This document shows, piece after piece, positions 1-12,644 of a stretch of 64,000 nucleotides of DNA. The DNA comes from Utricularia gibba. Taxonomy: Eukaryota > Plantae > Magnoliophyta. The number at the start of each line of letters is the position of its first letter. Within the stretch, counting starts at the first letter, position 1. A program made the position numbers and the translations under genes. The stretch is taken from NCBI GenBank assembly GCA_002189035.1, contig NEEC01000002.1, positions 1,426,001 through 1,490,000 on the forward strand, written 5' to 3'. Below the pieces are notes generated by a model, which saw only the letters and a program-made list of their open reading frames with translations, did no database searches and was not told the origin of the DNA.

Positions 1-668
1 AACGGCAAAATGAAAGTCAAACATCTAGAACTTCCAATGAAAGCAAATGCTGTCTCGATCAGATCCATAATTAGGAAAATGCGTCGCGTATTAAAATTTG
101 AAGTAAAACCAAGTCTTCAAGAAACGCAAATCAACATAATGACGCCGCCAATCGAAAAAGATGTGCATAATCTCCAAATAGGCAATTGAACAAGAAAAAA
201 AGTCTTCTAATCATACCTTTCGACACTTGCAAACAACCATCACTTGCTGAGAAGAGTACCCAGATAGGACGAATTTTGCTGATCGTAATTCAGATCAACG
301 GAAGCGTTTCAGGAAATTGCAGTTCTTGGTTTTCCCAGCTAATCTTTTTGATATTTATATATGCAGAAGCAGATAACGAGAAATGAAGCGTACGTATTTG
401 GGCTTTTTCTGTTGGGCCTCAGCAACTTGTACCGTACGAATTAGAGTGAAGGTCAAAATGGACATTTCAAGTAAGACGAGTTATGGGGAAAACATCGAAA
501 TATAAACCCTCAGAACAAATCTGTTAACTGCGAAACAAGCTTTTTAAAATTTGAACTGGCTTCCAGTTCTCTTCCGCCACCGTTGATTTTCAAAATCCGC
601 AGCTTGGCGAACTATCGGAGCGAAACTCCGGCAAAATCTCTGAATCGTTAACGAGAGGAACGTCGATC

Positions 669-2834
669 ATGGCGACGGTGGCACCACCTCACCTGGGGAA
701 GGAGTTATTCAGCCCTCCCTCTGATGGAATTTCGAATCTTCGATTCTCAAACCACAGCGACCTTCTACTGGTTTCATCCTGGGACAAGGTTGTTTTTCAT
801 GAATTTTTTGGTGAATTAGCATTTCATACAAAATAAATGGGGTGAAATTATTTTCTGTCCTTTCTTTTAGAGCGCTCGACTGTACGATGCGAGCACGAAT
901 GTGCTCAAGGGGGAGTTGATACATGGAGCACCGGTTCTTGATTGCTGCTTCCATGATGATTCTTCTGGTTTCAGCGCTTGTGCGGACAACAAAGTCAGAA
1001 GGTGAATTCCCCAACTGCAATTTCTTTGTAAAGTTCAATTTCCTGTTTAGTTCTGTTTTTGCTCCCCTTTTGTCATACAGCTTCCATGTGATGTTCTCTG
1101 TACTTCAGGTTGGTATTCAACTACAATAGGGAGGATGTTTTAGGAAGCCATGATGCACCTGTTCGTTGTGTAGAGTACTCTTATGCAACTGGTAATATTT
1201 TTGACTAATTGATCAGTGAACTAGTCAGCTACATGTTTTACTCCGGATATCAAATGGTTCCTGTGGTGTTGGCGTTCATCTTGGTTGAAGCCCATTTCTG
1301 TTGCAAAAAAAAAAAAAAAATCAATCTTGGTATTCATAATGGTTTTTGAAAAGTCATCGGTCTGAAGTTATGCTCCTCGTTTTTTCAAAAAATTTGTTGT
1401 TCTGCATACGTACTGGATTTATCTCATATTTGCTATGTGGTGAATTAATTTTTTTGATTACTCGTTGAACAAAATATCTCCCTCTGTTATAGGACAAGTA
1501 ATTACTGGTAGCTGGGACAAAACCTTAAAGTGTTGGGACCCCAGAGGTGCCAGTGGCCAGGAACGATCTCTTGTGGGAACATTTGCTCAACCCGAGCGTG
1601 TGTACTCTATGTCTCTTTCCGGAAATCATTTGGTAGTTGCTACTGCTGGAAGGCATGTTAATATATATGACATTCGGAACATGTCTCAACCTGAACAAAG
1701 AAGGGAATCTTCTTTAAAATATCAAACGCGATGTGTTCGATGTTACCCTAATGGGTTAGGTACTGCTTTCTCTACCTGCTCTAATTCATATAGGGAATTT
1801 CTATCAAAAATAAATTTATCGAGCTTTTACTAAGGAAAAAGTAATTTTGTTCAGTATAGGGGCTCTCTATAACTGTGTTTGCTGCATTTTCTTGATCAGG
1901 TTATGCTCTAAGTTCTGTTGAGGGCCGTGTTGCAATGGAGTTCTTTGATCTCTCAGAGGCTGGTCAATCCAAGAAGTACGTATATTGTATTGCATTTGAA
2001 TTCACGACACAGAAACTTTTTCCAAGCACAAGCTTGGAATTTCATGAAAAATCTGAGCAGTTCAAAAGTTTCCTTTTGCCACAAGAAGCCAAATATGCCT
2101 TCGAATTCTGCCTTGATAACTCTTTCCGTTGTATATTTTTGTGTCAGTTAAATCTATCCATTTTGATGGTTATGTTGTCCCATACAGATATGCATTCAAA
2201 TGTCATCGGAAATCAGAAGCAGGAAAAGACATTGTCTACCCTGTCAATGCCATTGCATTTCACCCAATGTAAGTAGTAAACCAGTAGTGAATCATCATGC
2301 TGTCTAGACTTGCAGTCCTTCTAGTGAGTCCATGGATACCTTCTGTTCATAACTACTTACCGCACACTCTGATGCATACTGCAGCTATGGGACCTTTGCT
2401 ACTGGAGGTTGTGACGGTTATGTTAATGTGTGGGACGGCAACAACAAGAAGAGGCTATACCAGGTAAAAAAGAGTTGATTTAAACCTTGCCACCGTCTTT
2501 TCTCATATTCTTCTTTTACCAAAAGCATAACCATTCTCCTTCTTCTGGCTTATCCATGTGAAAGTACTCCAAATACCCCACCAGCATCGCCGCCTTATCC
2601 TTCAGCAGAGACGGCAAGCTTCTCGCGGTTGCCTCAAGTTACACATACGAAGAAGGCCAAAAATCGTAACACCCCCCTTCCCTAAACTTGCAGATGCCTC
2701 AATTTCTCTTTGTTTTTGTTCCTGACACCTCCGAAAATTGCTGCAGCCATGAGCCGGATGCGGTGTTCGTGCGCAACGTGAACGAGATCGAAGTGAAGCC
2801 AAAGCCAAAAGTTGTGCCAAACCAAGCTTCATAA
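669..2834 (+). CDS. BUB3: Mitotic checkpoint protein BUB3 (WD40), 9 exons
   Basis: Manual splice from ATG 669 ([36 protein letters not shown]) through [63 protein letters not shown] to [13 protein letters not shown] (TAA 2832-2834). All GT-AG junctions checked keep frame. Confidence 0.95.
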
Positions 2835-3299
2835 ACACTGAGCTGTGAGTTCGTTCGTGTCTTGTCGAAACAGTCACTTGTGCTCCGCTCCATCTACGAC
2901 CGTAGAAGGATCGAGTCCTTATGCTTTCTCTCCATCTTGTACTCTGTATCTGAACCAGGCAACTCCGTTCCAGTACCCTGAGACCGCCTGCTCAGTGTGG
3001 AGTGCCGCACTGTACGGCGTTGGTTAATGACCGTTGCAACCGTTGGCTAAAATTATAGCTTCAAAATATATCATATTAATAAATGAATACCGTCTGGGGC
3101 TTTTGAGCAATTCTTTTATACTTTAGGGACCAGAGTGAAAATTGATATGGTCAACCTCCAGGTCTCTTTCTCTTCTCGCTGCTCGGTTCTTTTCTGTCGT
3201 CGAGTATACGATTCTTCAGAGACTTCAAACTGTTTATGTGATTGCTCTGGAATTCTTTCTCCGAAGCGTTTTGATTCGGACCGTCTTCTGTGCCTCCGG

Positions 3300-3864
3300 A
3301 TGGAACTGGATTATGCTCATCTGTATCATAGATCGACGATCGGGTTGTGCCTTATGGAGGCGTTGGATCACATGGTTTCCAATGGATCTCTAGATCCCGA
3401 GTTCGCCATTCTTGTTTCGTGTCAGTTTCAGAAGGTTATGTCTGGCTTGGAATCGAGTGAAATTCGATTTCATGAGTTTGGTTATTTGGATTTTGTGTTT
3501 TCAAGTTGAATTTCTTCATTAACTGACTGTACGGATGTTCATAGTTTTGGTTTCTTGGCCACAGTCTCTTCTAGAAGCTCTGGAAAATGTCACAAGTAAA
3601 GTTTCAATCAAGGTAATCCATTTCCCCCCATCCTTGTTGACTATGCCTGCTGCTTTGGTCAATCCTTGTTGTGTTAAAGCTCTCTGGAGTCTTTGAAGCG
3701 CTTTTGGATGTCTGATACTCCTAGTGAAACAGGGGCATCTCCACACCTGCCGATTCTGTGACGATTTGTGGACCTTCATTCTGCATGATGTACAGATTAA
3801 AATCAACGAAGATACTGAAAGCATCAACAGACTTCAGATCGTTGCCCGCAAGCCCTTTGTTTAG
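3300..3864 (+). CDS. TFIIA-S: Transcription initiation factor IIA gamma (small) subunit, divergent copy, 3 exons
   Basis: MELDYAHLYHRSTIGLCLMEALDHMVSNGSLDPEFAILVSCQFQK | SLLEALENVTSKVSIK | GHLHTCRFCDDLWTFILHDVQIKINEDTESINRLQIVARKPFV* aligns end to end with canonical LYRRSTIGMCL..QFDKS..GHLHTYRFCDNVWTF..KIVAC. Confidence 0.88.
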
Positions 3865-4278
3865 CTCCCAACTTGGTGAGATTGGAAGCAGGTTTCCAAC
3901 ATTGGGCTTACTTCAAGAAGATCTGGAGCCCAGATGGTGTTTATATGAACAGCTTGTTGGCAGCGCTTGCATTAAACTTGCTCAGTTTCACGTCTTCTTC
4001 TAGGATATGCTTGCTACTGCTTCCTATCTCTTGCATGTCTTGTAATTATACTGATACATAACTAACTCTACGTATTTTAATTATGGAAAAAACTTATGTT
4101 TAATGAAAATGTAAAATGTATAATTCTAATTTTAGAATCACTTCTTTAAAAACATTATACTAAATAGAGTCTAATTATTAATCATGAGACTATGTGAAGT
4201 CAAAGAAAAAATATTTATGGTCACTTTTCTTTTCTTTTTTTTAAATTAATTATTGATAACATTGAGACAAAACCATTT

Positions 4279-4802
4279 TGTTGAAGTTAAAAATCGATGT
4301 TTGAGATGGGACCAATTCATGCGTGATAGGTGTAGCCGGGAAATTTCGCACCTTATTATGTTTTTTGCAATTTTGTTTGGTTTGATCAATGGAAACGAGG
4401 GTAGACGGAGATTTTTACGTGAAAATCGTTGTAAGACTGAAAAAACCACTGAACTATCGGAGTTCGTTGAAAAAAGTCCCTACTAGATAAAAGTGGTAAA
4501 GAAAGGTATAGGTTGGAGTCTTAGGATCGATTCCTTTTCCTCCGGAACTTCTCCTATTTATGGAAGAGGTCGATCCGGCCGAATCCTCGCTTCTGCAAAT
4601 GTCGGTTACTTTTGCACCTGCTATGTGATTTCGCTTTTTAGATATCGGCCGTCTGGTCTGCCGTAATTCGGTTGCTTTTCAGACTACGTCATACGACCAT
4701 CGTTGTCAAGCTTCTGACATATATTGATCTGTCGACTAACGTTATCCTATTAGAGCTCATTTTGATAAAGCTGATTACCCTTAGCCGATTTATACCCCAT
4801 CA
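4279..4802 (-). mobile_element. Possible degenerate solo LTR
   Basis: About 520 bp non-coding block between AT-rich flanks, bounded TGTTG...CATCA, with 4/5-matching flanks (cattt/ccttt) and a TATA-like CATAAATAGG on the minus strand near 4555. No internal coding domain. Confidence 0.3.
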
Positions 4803-5662
4803 CCTTTTTTGCATGATAAATTAAAAATTAAAAATTAAAAATTTGGATGTGGATGATAAATTATTTTATTGTATTAATTTTCATTAAATAGTGTTTTAAG
4901 TGGTTATTTACTGAATATTGGTTACCAACAAAAGAAAATAAAAGCAGGAAAAGGAAAAACGCGAGAACGCGTACGGAATTTGTGTAAACCGGGGTCAAAG
5001 CCGGCTGGATAAACAGTGGGATCTGGAGGTATCTACTTTTGTTTTGTGTCGCGTCGCCGCTGAGTGCTGTCAATTTGGACGGAGAAGAAAATGGTTTCTG
5101 TTGCTGATTGATCCACCCGGGCAGACCATCGGAGTGACGGGGAATTGACGAGGAGCGTAAGCCCGTTTGGGTTGTCATCAGAATCGGGTTAGTTCGCTCG
5201 GCGTCTTATTTGCTTCCGTTTTTTCCCTTTGGAGTTTTATTTCGATTCATGGGTTTCGTCTTAACCATCGGATTGATCTGGGTTTGTTGTGGGTTGGATG
5301 AATTTAAGGGTTTTCGTTTTCCTTGCTAATGTGAGGTGGGGTTTTTTTTATGATTGGCGGAAGATTGATACTGTGACCTTAGTTCTGAAGTGACATTTAA
5401 TTTTAGGGGAATTATCTTACTATTTGATTGCGAATTACAGTAGGTGAATTGTTTATACTTACTCACCAAGATGAAAATTTGATTTGATTCCTGGTTCGAT
5501 TTGTAGATCGTTGTCTGGGTGCTGTCGTATCCCTTTTTGTGCTTTTCCCGGAGTTGTTAAACTCCAGATTGGCAAGTTCAGATGAAGATGGCTGATGGTT
5601 ATTGAATATAAGTGAAGCATTTGTTTTGATCTGTTATCTGGAAGCTGAGAAGTTAAGCTAGA

Positions 5663-6682
5663 ATGGTGTCCAATCGTGATTCTACACGGATTGACACTCT
5701 AGAGCTGAAAGGGCTTATCTATCAGAAGATTGGGCGTCAAAGAGCAGAAGAATACTTTGAGCATCTTAGGAGATTCTTATGGTCAAAGCTCAGCAAGGCT
5801 GATTTTGACGAGAGCTGCATGCGGACACTCGGTAGAGAGAACATCCGCCTCCATAATCTTCTCATCCGTGCTATCATCCAGAACTCTAATGTAGCGAAGC
5901 TCCCACCTCAGAGGTCTCGTGAGGTTGACGTCAGGGCTGCCACTGCCCCCCAAAGGAGTTGCGTTCAATCACTTCAGAGTAATGGGCTGCTGAAATCTCC
6001 ACGCAAATGCAGGTCACCAGTTAACCGGGAACGCAAGCTGCGTGATCGTCCCAGCCCTCTTGGCCCCCTTGGAAAGAGTCCCAGTCTCACCTACGAAGAA
6101 ACGGTTTCACGTCTTCAGGAACAGAGTGCAGCAGAGTTGCATTCCATTTCAAGTAAGCCTCCCACTGGTGTAGCACCGGTTGAAGAAGGGGAAGAAGTTG
6201 AACAGTTAGCTGAAATCCCATGTGAATGGAGATCTGTCACTGCGCCCTTCGGAGTGTCTGTGAAGCGCAGTGTGACTCGAAGTAATACTCTTCGTCATGA
6301 AAAACTCGGCGAGACCTGTCAGAGTAGCGGAGAGTTACCTGATACAGCATTCCTGAGGAGCCTGTTGGAGAAGAAGCTGGCATCAGAAGGAATCAGCGTC
6401 TCCCTGGAAGGAGCTAATGCTATAAACAGGGGACTAGATGCTTTCCTGAAGAGAATCCTCGAAGGCTGTATACCACCGTTCGGCCGATCACATCTCAGAA
6501 ATCACACGCATTCCCTTCCGACGCAACAAAACGGTCTAGCCCTGCCGCCCCCACAGATGCAACCGCAGCCATCGCATTTGAGTTTGCCCAGTTTTTCCGT
6601 TGCCATGGAGACGAACCCGTGGATTCTTGGAGAAGACTGGGCTTCCCAGCTTGAGAAAATCAGCCATCACTTGTCTCAGTGA
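5663..6682 (+). CDS. SAGA complex subunit ADA1/Tad1-like (transcriptional coactivator Hfi1 family)
   Basis: Intact 339-aa single-exon ORF. N-terminal RIDTLELK..IYQKIG..YF.HL.RFL..KLSK.DFD..C..TLGRENI.LHN.LIR.II.N and C-terminal GELPDT..L..LLE....SEG..VS helices match the plant SAGA-Tad1 family. Confidence 0.85.
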   Translation: MVSNRDSTRIDTLELKGLIYQKIGRQRAEEYFEHLRRFLWSKLSKADFDESCMRTLGRENIRLHNLLIRAIIQNSNVAKLPPQRSREVDVRAATAPQRSCVQSLQSNGLLKSPRKCRSPVNRERKLRDRPSPLGPLGKSPSLTYEETVSRLQEQSAAELHSISSKPPTGVAPVEEGEEVEQLAEIPCEWRSVTAPFGVSVKRSVTRSNTLRHEKLGETCQSSGELPDTAFLRSLLEKKLASEGISVSLEGANAINRGLDAFLKRILEGCIPPFGRSHLRNHTHSLPTQQNGLALPPPQMQPQPSHLSLPSFSVAMETNPWILGEDWASQLEKISHHLSQ

Positions 6683-6969
6683 GCTGGCAGCTCAGCAAGC
6701 TAACCAGATACCGGATTCATGGCCGGAGAAAAAAGTCGCCGTCGCCGCTAACTGATTGTGAGGTGTAGTGAGTAGCTTGAGATTACTCAGTTTTAACCCG
6801 CGAGAGGTCTGAAGATTATGTCTCCTTTGTGCATTATTATTATTATTTCGTGTGGAATAAAAAAAAAGATTTCGGAAATTCCGATTTCTTGTTTCTTCCG
6901 TTGCCAGTCAATTTTTTGACTTCCACACCACGCGATGGTTTTTCTTCAAATCCCATCCTCTGGCGATAT

Positions 6970-7494
6970 ATGGGAACTGATATTGCCACAGTCCAACCAC
7001 ACGTGTCGCTCCTACTAGGTTTCGTGTGCATTTCTGCCGGCCAATCCCCGGCAACCGTAACTGTTTCTACCGCTGCCTTAATCAAGAGGCTTCCGAAGTT
7101 ACCAATTCCTTTTCCGCGGGTCAGGATACCACCTCTAACTCCAATCGCCGCCTCACCTCCGGTTACAGCTCTAAATCCCTCGCCTCCGGCACCCGCACCC
7201 GTCATTTCGGGCCCGGCACCCAGGGCTGCGGTTTCACCGTCCGCAGCACCGGTGGCGTCAGGCTCACCGCCTCAGCCGGTCGCTTCTCCAAGTCCCAGCA
7301 TCGGCGCCACGTCTCCTTCTCCATCGGCTGCCACAAAAGTAACCGCCGACTCCTTGTCATTTCAATTTGTTTCTTCCGCTGCAAGCTTACATTTTAAACA
7401 TTTTATTTCCTGGTGCAGGAGGACGTGTGAAAGAAAGTTCGAGAATATTTATCGGCTGGGGGAGGGATCTTCATCTATTTTGTTACCCCCTTGA
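6970..7494 (+). CDS. Classical arabinogalactan-like / Pro-Ala-Ser-Thr-rich secreted protein
   Basis: ATG 6970, hydrophobic signal (VSLLLGFVCISAG) followed by QSPA, AP/SP/TP dipeptide-rich body (SPPAPAP, SPSPS) and a weakly hydrophobic tail. True stop position uncertain. Confidence 0.6.
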   Translation: MGTDIATVQPHVSLLLGFVCISAGQSPATVTVSTAALIKRLPKLPIPFPRVRIPPLTPIAASPPVTALNPSPPAPAPVISGPAPRAAVSPSAAPVASGSPPQPVASPSPSIGATSPSPSAATKVTADSLSFQFVSSAASLHFKHFISWCRRTCERKFENIYRLGEGSSSILLPP

Positions 7495-8041
7495 CTTATA
7501 AAACATGTGCTTTTATTCCGTCATCATGTCGACTAAAATACCACATGCCACATTTCTTACGATATTTTTATAATCATTTAGAAACGTTTTAAAAATAATT
7601 TCATTTTTTAAAATAATAAAAATGTACAAATAAAATCTAAATTTTTAATTTATCAAAAATACGTATTAAAAAGTAATTTTGATGAATTCAGTAACCGGGA
7701 AAAAGCTTCTTCATTTTCAAATCAATTTATCTGGTTAATTGGTTGTCACTGCAGTTTCGGCCTTCCATCCTCACCAAAGAACTGAGGCAATGATCAGATC
7801 AACTTTGTATCCAATGCTCAGTTTATTGCAAATGCAGCAAGAATCAATCATCCAAAATGATCACTACATGCGTTCTTCTACAAGCAGAAGGTGTATTAAT
7901 AGTGCTAATGGTACCTATAGCGTGTGTGTTGCTTAAATGAAGACTTGTATTCAGCGAACCATCTGGTCCTATGCTCCTCTTCTCTCCCTGGGATGCTAGC
8001 AAACACAGTTCCGGGTCATGGCATTTAGAATCAAGCAGAGA

Positions 8042-9429
8042 TTACATCTTCTCAACATCCCGTTTGATTTGAAGAGCAGCTTTAATGACATCTCCCCTGG
8101 TGACGATTCCAATCTGTAGAAGGGGCACAAAGAAGATGGAAAATGATTTTTCTGTGAACAGCAATATGGTTCTGTGATAATGTGAAACCGGAAGCTACCA
8201 GTCTCCCTTCAGCGTCCACAACGGGCAGGCGGCGATACTTGGTTTGAAGCAGTAGCCTGTGTTGCACCGATGTTAGAAGAACATGAAGGAGATGAAATCC
8301 ACAACTATGCTTCATTGATGATACTGAAGAGGATGATGATGCTGGGGAGAAATGATCACCTTGCTGCATCCTCAAGGTTGGTGTTTTCACGCACTACGAG
8401 AGGAGCTGGAGTCATAAGGTCGCCAACGACTCTCCCATTCGTTTTGATGAGTAGCTTTTGAATTTCATTAAAAGCCTGGAAAGGTAGCATCACGGGCATT
8501 TGTGAAAGGCGATAAACAAACTGGCATTTCAACATGAAAAGGAAGAAGACTAAAAGGCTGGGATGGAACACTGATCATACTTTCCAAGTGCTATTGACGA
8601 CTGGAAACATATTTGTATCAAACTGGCCTCCACCTAAGTTAAACAGATGAAAATGTATCAAGAGGCATCGGTTGCAGAATACACATCAACAACAGAACAT
8701 AGTCCTTGGTCACATAAAACTTTGAACAATTTACAAGTATGACAAAGCTTTGTGGACAATGGGATGACATGGTTTCGAAAGTACCAGATATGGAGTCAAG
8801 TGCCAATAAATCATAGTCTGAGATAACCCCAACCTGCAACAACATAATCAATTCACAATCAACGGGAGGGGAGTGGAGGAACTGAAGAGTTAATGTTCAA
8901 GAACTCAAATCACCACTTACCAATCTCCATTCATCATCGATCACAGGAAAGCCAGTTACTCTTTTATCAACAAGGAACTTCAGAGCTGATTGATACATGG
9001 GGTAAAAGAAATCAACATACCGGAAAAAATCTAAACTTTCTAAGAGCAGTTTGGTTGGCAAAATACCTTCGTCCGCCGTCGTTGTAGGCCGCACAACGTG
9101 CAAATCCTCTTTTCTCGTCATAAAATCACCTACACTGTACACTCTTTCCCCTACCTAAAACACATGTTACAGGATAACGGTTAATTTCTCGGAGAATCCA
9201 TTCGAATATCAGACTCACAGGATCAGGTACTACGTACCGGCGCCGAATTAGCGGTACCATTGGTGGCGCAGAGAACAGAATTCGGCCGCCGAGACTGCAG
9301 CAACGACAAATCGACATGACGGCGGCTGGGGACACTAGATTCAAGACGTGATCCACGGTGGCTAACGGTGGAAACAGCCACGGTGAGTGAGACTCCGGCA
9401 CGAAGATCGGCAAGGAGCAAGGAACCCAT
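8042..9429 (-). CDS. CBSX: CBS domain-containing protein CBSX1/2-like, chloroplastic
   Basis: Transit-like MGSLLLADLRAGVSL.., then YSVGDFMTRKEDLHVVRPTT, VTGFPVIDDEWRLVGVISDYDLLALDSISG, VGDLMTPAPLVVRENTNLEDAARLLLQTKYRRLPVVD, IVTRGDVIKAAL..KM*. Confidence 0.92.
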
Positions 9430-9755
9430 TGAATATTCCAGCGGAAACAAAACGAGGATTCCGCAGAGAGGGAAGGAGATATTCCACAGAGTGGGAACGG
9501 CCCTCCCCAACTTTCTTCTGGTGGACTGGAGAAGGTTCCGGCTACGAATTCGCACATGTTTTGGATTTGTCAAACTCTAACCAACCCCCCGGGTCACGGG
9601 TCACATGCCCGAACCCGGATCCTCTCCAATCTGACTTATGGTATAAATTGTTATGCACGTGTGAATCAATGAATCCATACATGAAGACTGCACTTTCTAG
9701 ACCAAAGGAACAAGAAATCTATGTATCGTCCTTGTTCACAAGGGGTTGGTTTCCA

Positions 9756-10778
9756 TCATACGATGGCGAAGATAAGGAACCCCACAGAGACATACATGAG
9801 GAGGACTGGGTAGAGAGCTAGAGCTTTTCTCTGAGGATTCACGGCGCTGCTCATGAATGGGTATGCAGCCCATGAGCTCCATGCGAGTGTGAACCCCACC
9901 ACAACAAGTTTTACGATTAGGTTATCGAGTAGCACACAGATCAGGGAACCGACGTCCAAGGGGAACAGACAGTATCCCAGAAGACTTAGGCTTTGGAAGA
10001 AAATGATCTGCCCACCCTGCAAACCAAGAAGAAACTAATAATCACCTCAGTTGCAGGAAACTGAGTGATAGGGTGAGGGGGATGATTACCAGCAGCAGAA
10101 CGTTCAATGTAAGAATCACAGCTCCAGTTGCAAGCAGTGCAAAAGCAACTGCAAAAACTTCGGACTGCAGGAACCACAAGGTGTTTATGTATAAAGGAAA
10201 TTGAAGTATTTGATGTATGAGATTTTTACACAGCAGGGATGAAATGGCTAGTACATAAAGAAGAGAAAAAGTACCTTTTTCACTGAAGCAGACCATGAGA
10301 GAGTAAGGCCAAGGAAAACAATGAAAAAAAAGGGCCCCCACAGATCCCAATCCCTCAGAGCCTTCCCAGGATCTTCCCTGAAAGGATTAGGGAAAACAAC
10401 CAGCTTCAAGTTGCTAACGATTCTTGATAAATCCCTCTTCACAGTGTCCCAGACAGGCTCTGTCAATGTATTCGGGCTGGACCCAAAACCGGATGCAGCA
10501 ATACCACTGCTGCTTATGGATCCCAAGGGGGGCGCATGGGGCTTAGAAGCAGTGACGGAAGGAACTGGCATAGGTTTTGGAGCAGCGGGAGTGGGAAGAC
10601 TTACGGGAACAGAGTATTGGGGAGGAGGTGGATTGGAAGAGACGGGGATGGAAGGACGGACAGGAGATGGGGGCCGAGCAGGAAGAACGGAGGGTTGGGA
10701 ACTGATAAGGTTCTCGATCTCGTCTATGTCAGATTGGGAGCTAGCATGCAGAGGGATGGTGTCGCTGTAGGTTGCCAT
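9756..10778 (-). CDS. Yip1-domain Golgi membrane protein (YIPF6/YIP4-like), 3 coding exons
   Basis: [22 protein letters not shown].., [93 protein letters not shown]. Confidence 0.93.
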
Positions 10779-11501
10779 TCTGTGTATTCACAATAGCGGC
10801 CTCAGGTTCAGGCTCCTATACACACAACTGATGAGTGCGCAAAGCTGTGTAAATAACATGGACATAAACAAGACAAATAATTATAAAACATCAAAAATAT
10901 CAGCTGAAACGATAAGTTTTCGATCAGAAGCTCAGAACAAAAAGAACGCGTGGACAAACACAGGTAGATCAAATAGGATTCATCAACCAGTGATCGAAAA
11001 CAACTTTAAAAGTCAACTGAATTCCAACTTCAGGGGGTGTTAAAAAATCCTCGATAATTACACTGCCTAAAAAGCAGTCACACCGCAAGGATTGAACAAC
11101 AAGATGCACAAATAAAAAAGTGGCAAACCAATAATTGATAAGAATGAAATTCAGAGAATCCCCTCCCTTGAATTTAACAAACATGCATTTCTCAATGCCT
11201 TACACAACAGCCATCACACCTATTACGATCAAATTCAAGATCTGAAAAACACCCGCGGAGATCGGATCCGACAAGTAGAGAGTAGGATAAACAAAAGAAG
11301 CTTGAATCCAGATCAAAATTGACAAAAAAAAATACATGAGAATTGGAAACTGGTAATCGAGCAAAACCGGAACGAAGCATCAAAGTGAAAATGCCGAATC
11401 ACCTGAAAAGGAACGTGTTCAGCGCGGTGAACCCAACGCCAAGCTTCGCTTCAATGCCTCTCTACAGTTACCTGGTGATACCGTTTATTGTTTTTTTATT
11501 G

Positions 11502-11615
11502 TGGGCCTAATGGGCCTACCTTCCGGACTATACTAAACAAATTATGGGCTTTTGAGGGCCCAATATCGAACACGGAATGCGAACCCCGATAAATTGGATG
11601 TTTCAGCTAGGGTTT
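11502..11615. promoter_or_regulatory. Site II (TGGGCY) cluster plus telo-box in the YIP1/RPS28 divergent promoter
   Basis: TGGGCC 11502 and 11511, TGGGCT 11545, GGCCCA 11557, TAGGGTTT 11608. This module is established for plant ribosomal-protein promoters. Confidence 0.65.
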
Positions 11616-12034
11616 TGAAGTTCGACGTCTTCGTTTTCTTGCGGCTGTGATTCATCTCGTCTTGCGAAATTCGCATCTGATCTCTGCAGGTGCGCGCCTT
11701 GTGTCTTGATTCGTGATTTTTATTCATGACGCGTTGTCTTTCTGGCTGCAATTTATAGTATGCTTTGGTTTGCTGTTCTTCATCTCTAGTTTCATGATTC
11801 TCCGTCCCGTTCATTTAAATCGACGGTAGGAGGATTACTTGGTATATTCAATAGTGCTTTTGTCGTCTTTGTATGAGGTTGTGATTTTTTTCGAACTTAA
11901 AATCTTGAGAAATCAAACAACAAAAGACTTCACGAAGTCATTCCAAATGTCAAATGGCAGATTCTATTTTCATGTTTGCTCTGGAATTGCCTTTCCAAGC
12001 GATTTATACCCTCTGAATCACATGCATCGCAGAT

Positions 12035-12232
12035 ATGGATTCTCAGATCAAGCATGCCATCGTTGTAAAGGTCATTGGGAGAACAGGCTCAAGAGGGCAG
12101 GTAACCCAAGTGAGAGTTAAGTTTGTGGATGATCAGAATCGTTTCATCATGAGAAACGTTAAGGGCCCTGTTCGCGAGGGAGACATTCTCACACTGCTCG
12201 AGTCAGAGAGGGAGGCAAGAAGGCTGCGCTGA
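12035..12232 (+). CDS. RPS28: 40S ribosomal protein S28
   Basis: [66 protein letters not shown] 5'UTR intron ends at CAG 12032. Confidence 0.98.
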   Translation: MDSQIKHAIVVKVIGRTGSRGQVTQVRVKFVDDQNRFIMRNVKGPVREGDILTLLESEREARRLR

Positions 12233-12644
12233 GTTATCTTGTTCTTAATCCTATTTAGTGTTGATCTTGCTTGGCACTTGGTATGAGTTCTTTGCGGCAA
12301 ACTATACGTAGTTGCTTCTAGTTCTGTGAGATCCTCCTTTTTGGACAAACAAGATTTGAATTTTAAGTGAACTGTTTGCTCTTTCATTATGATGTCAGAA
12401 CCAAGAAAATGATCCCCTGGTCTAAATCGCCACATGGGCTTCTGTTTTTTTTCTGTGAAAGTGGACAGAGGGTACCCATGAGGCCAAACGGAACATGGTA
12501 TGTGACACGAATGAATAAACAAATGGATTGGTACCCAGCAAACCATATGGATGCAATACAAGCACAAGGTGAATGCGAAGGACATGAGACACTCAATGGT
12601 GTCGTGGGAGTTTACTGAAACCTGCAGCTGATCACTCAGGTGGT

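Noticed and set aside
11689-12032. Possible intronic snoRNA in the RPS28 5'UTR intron
   Set aside because: No RUGAUGA/CUGA box pair or clear H/ACA structure was visible.
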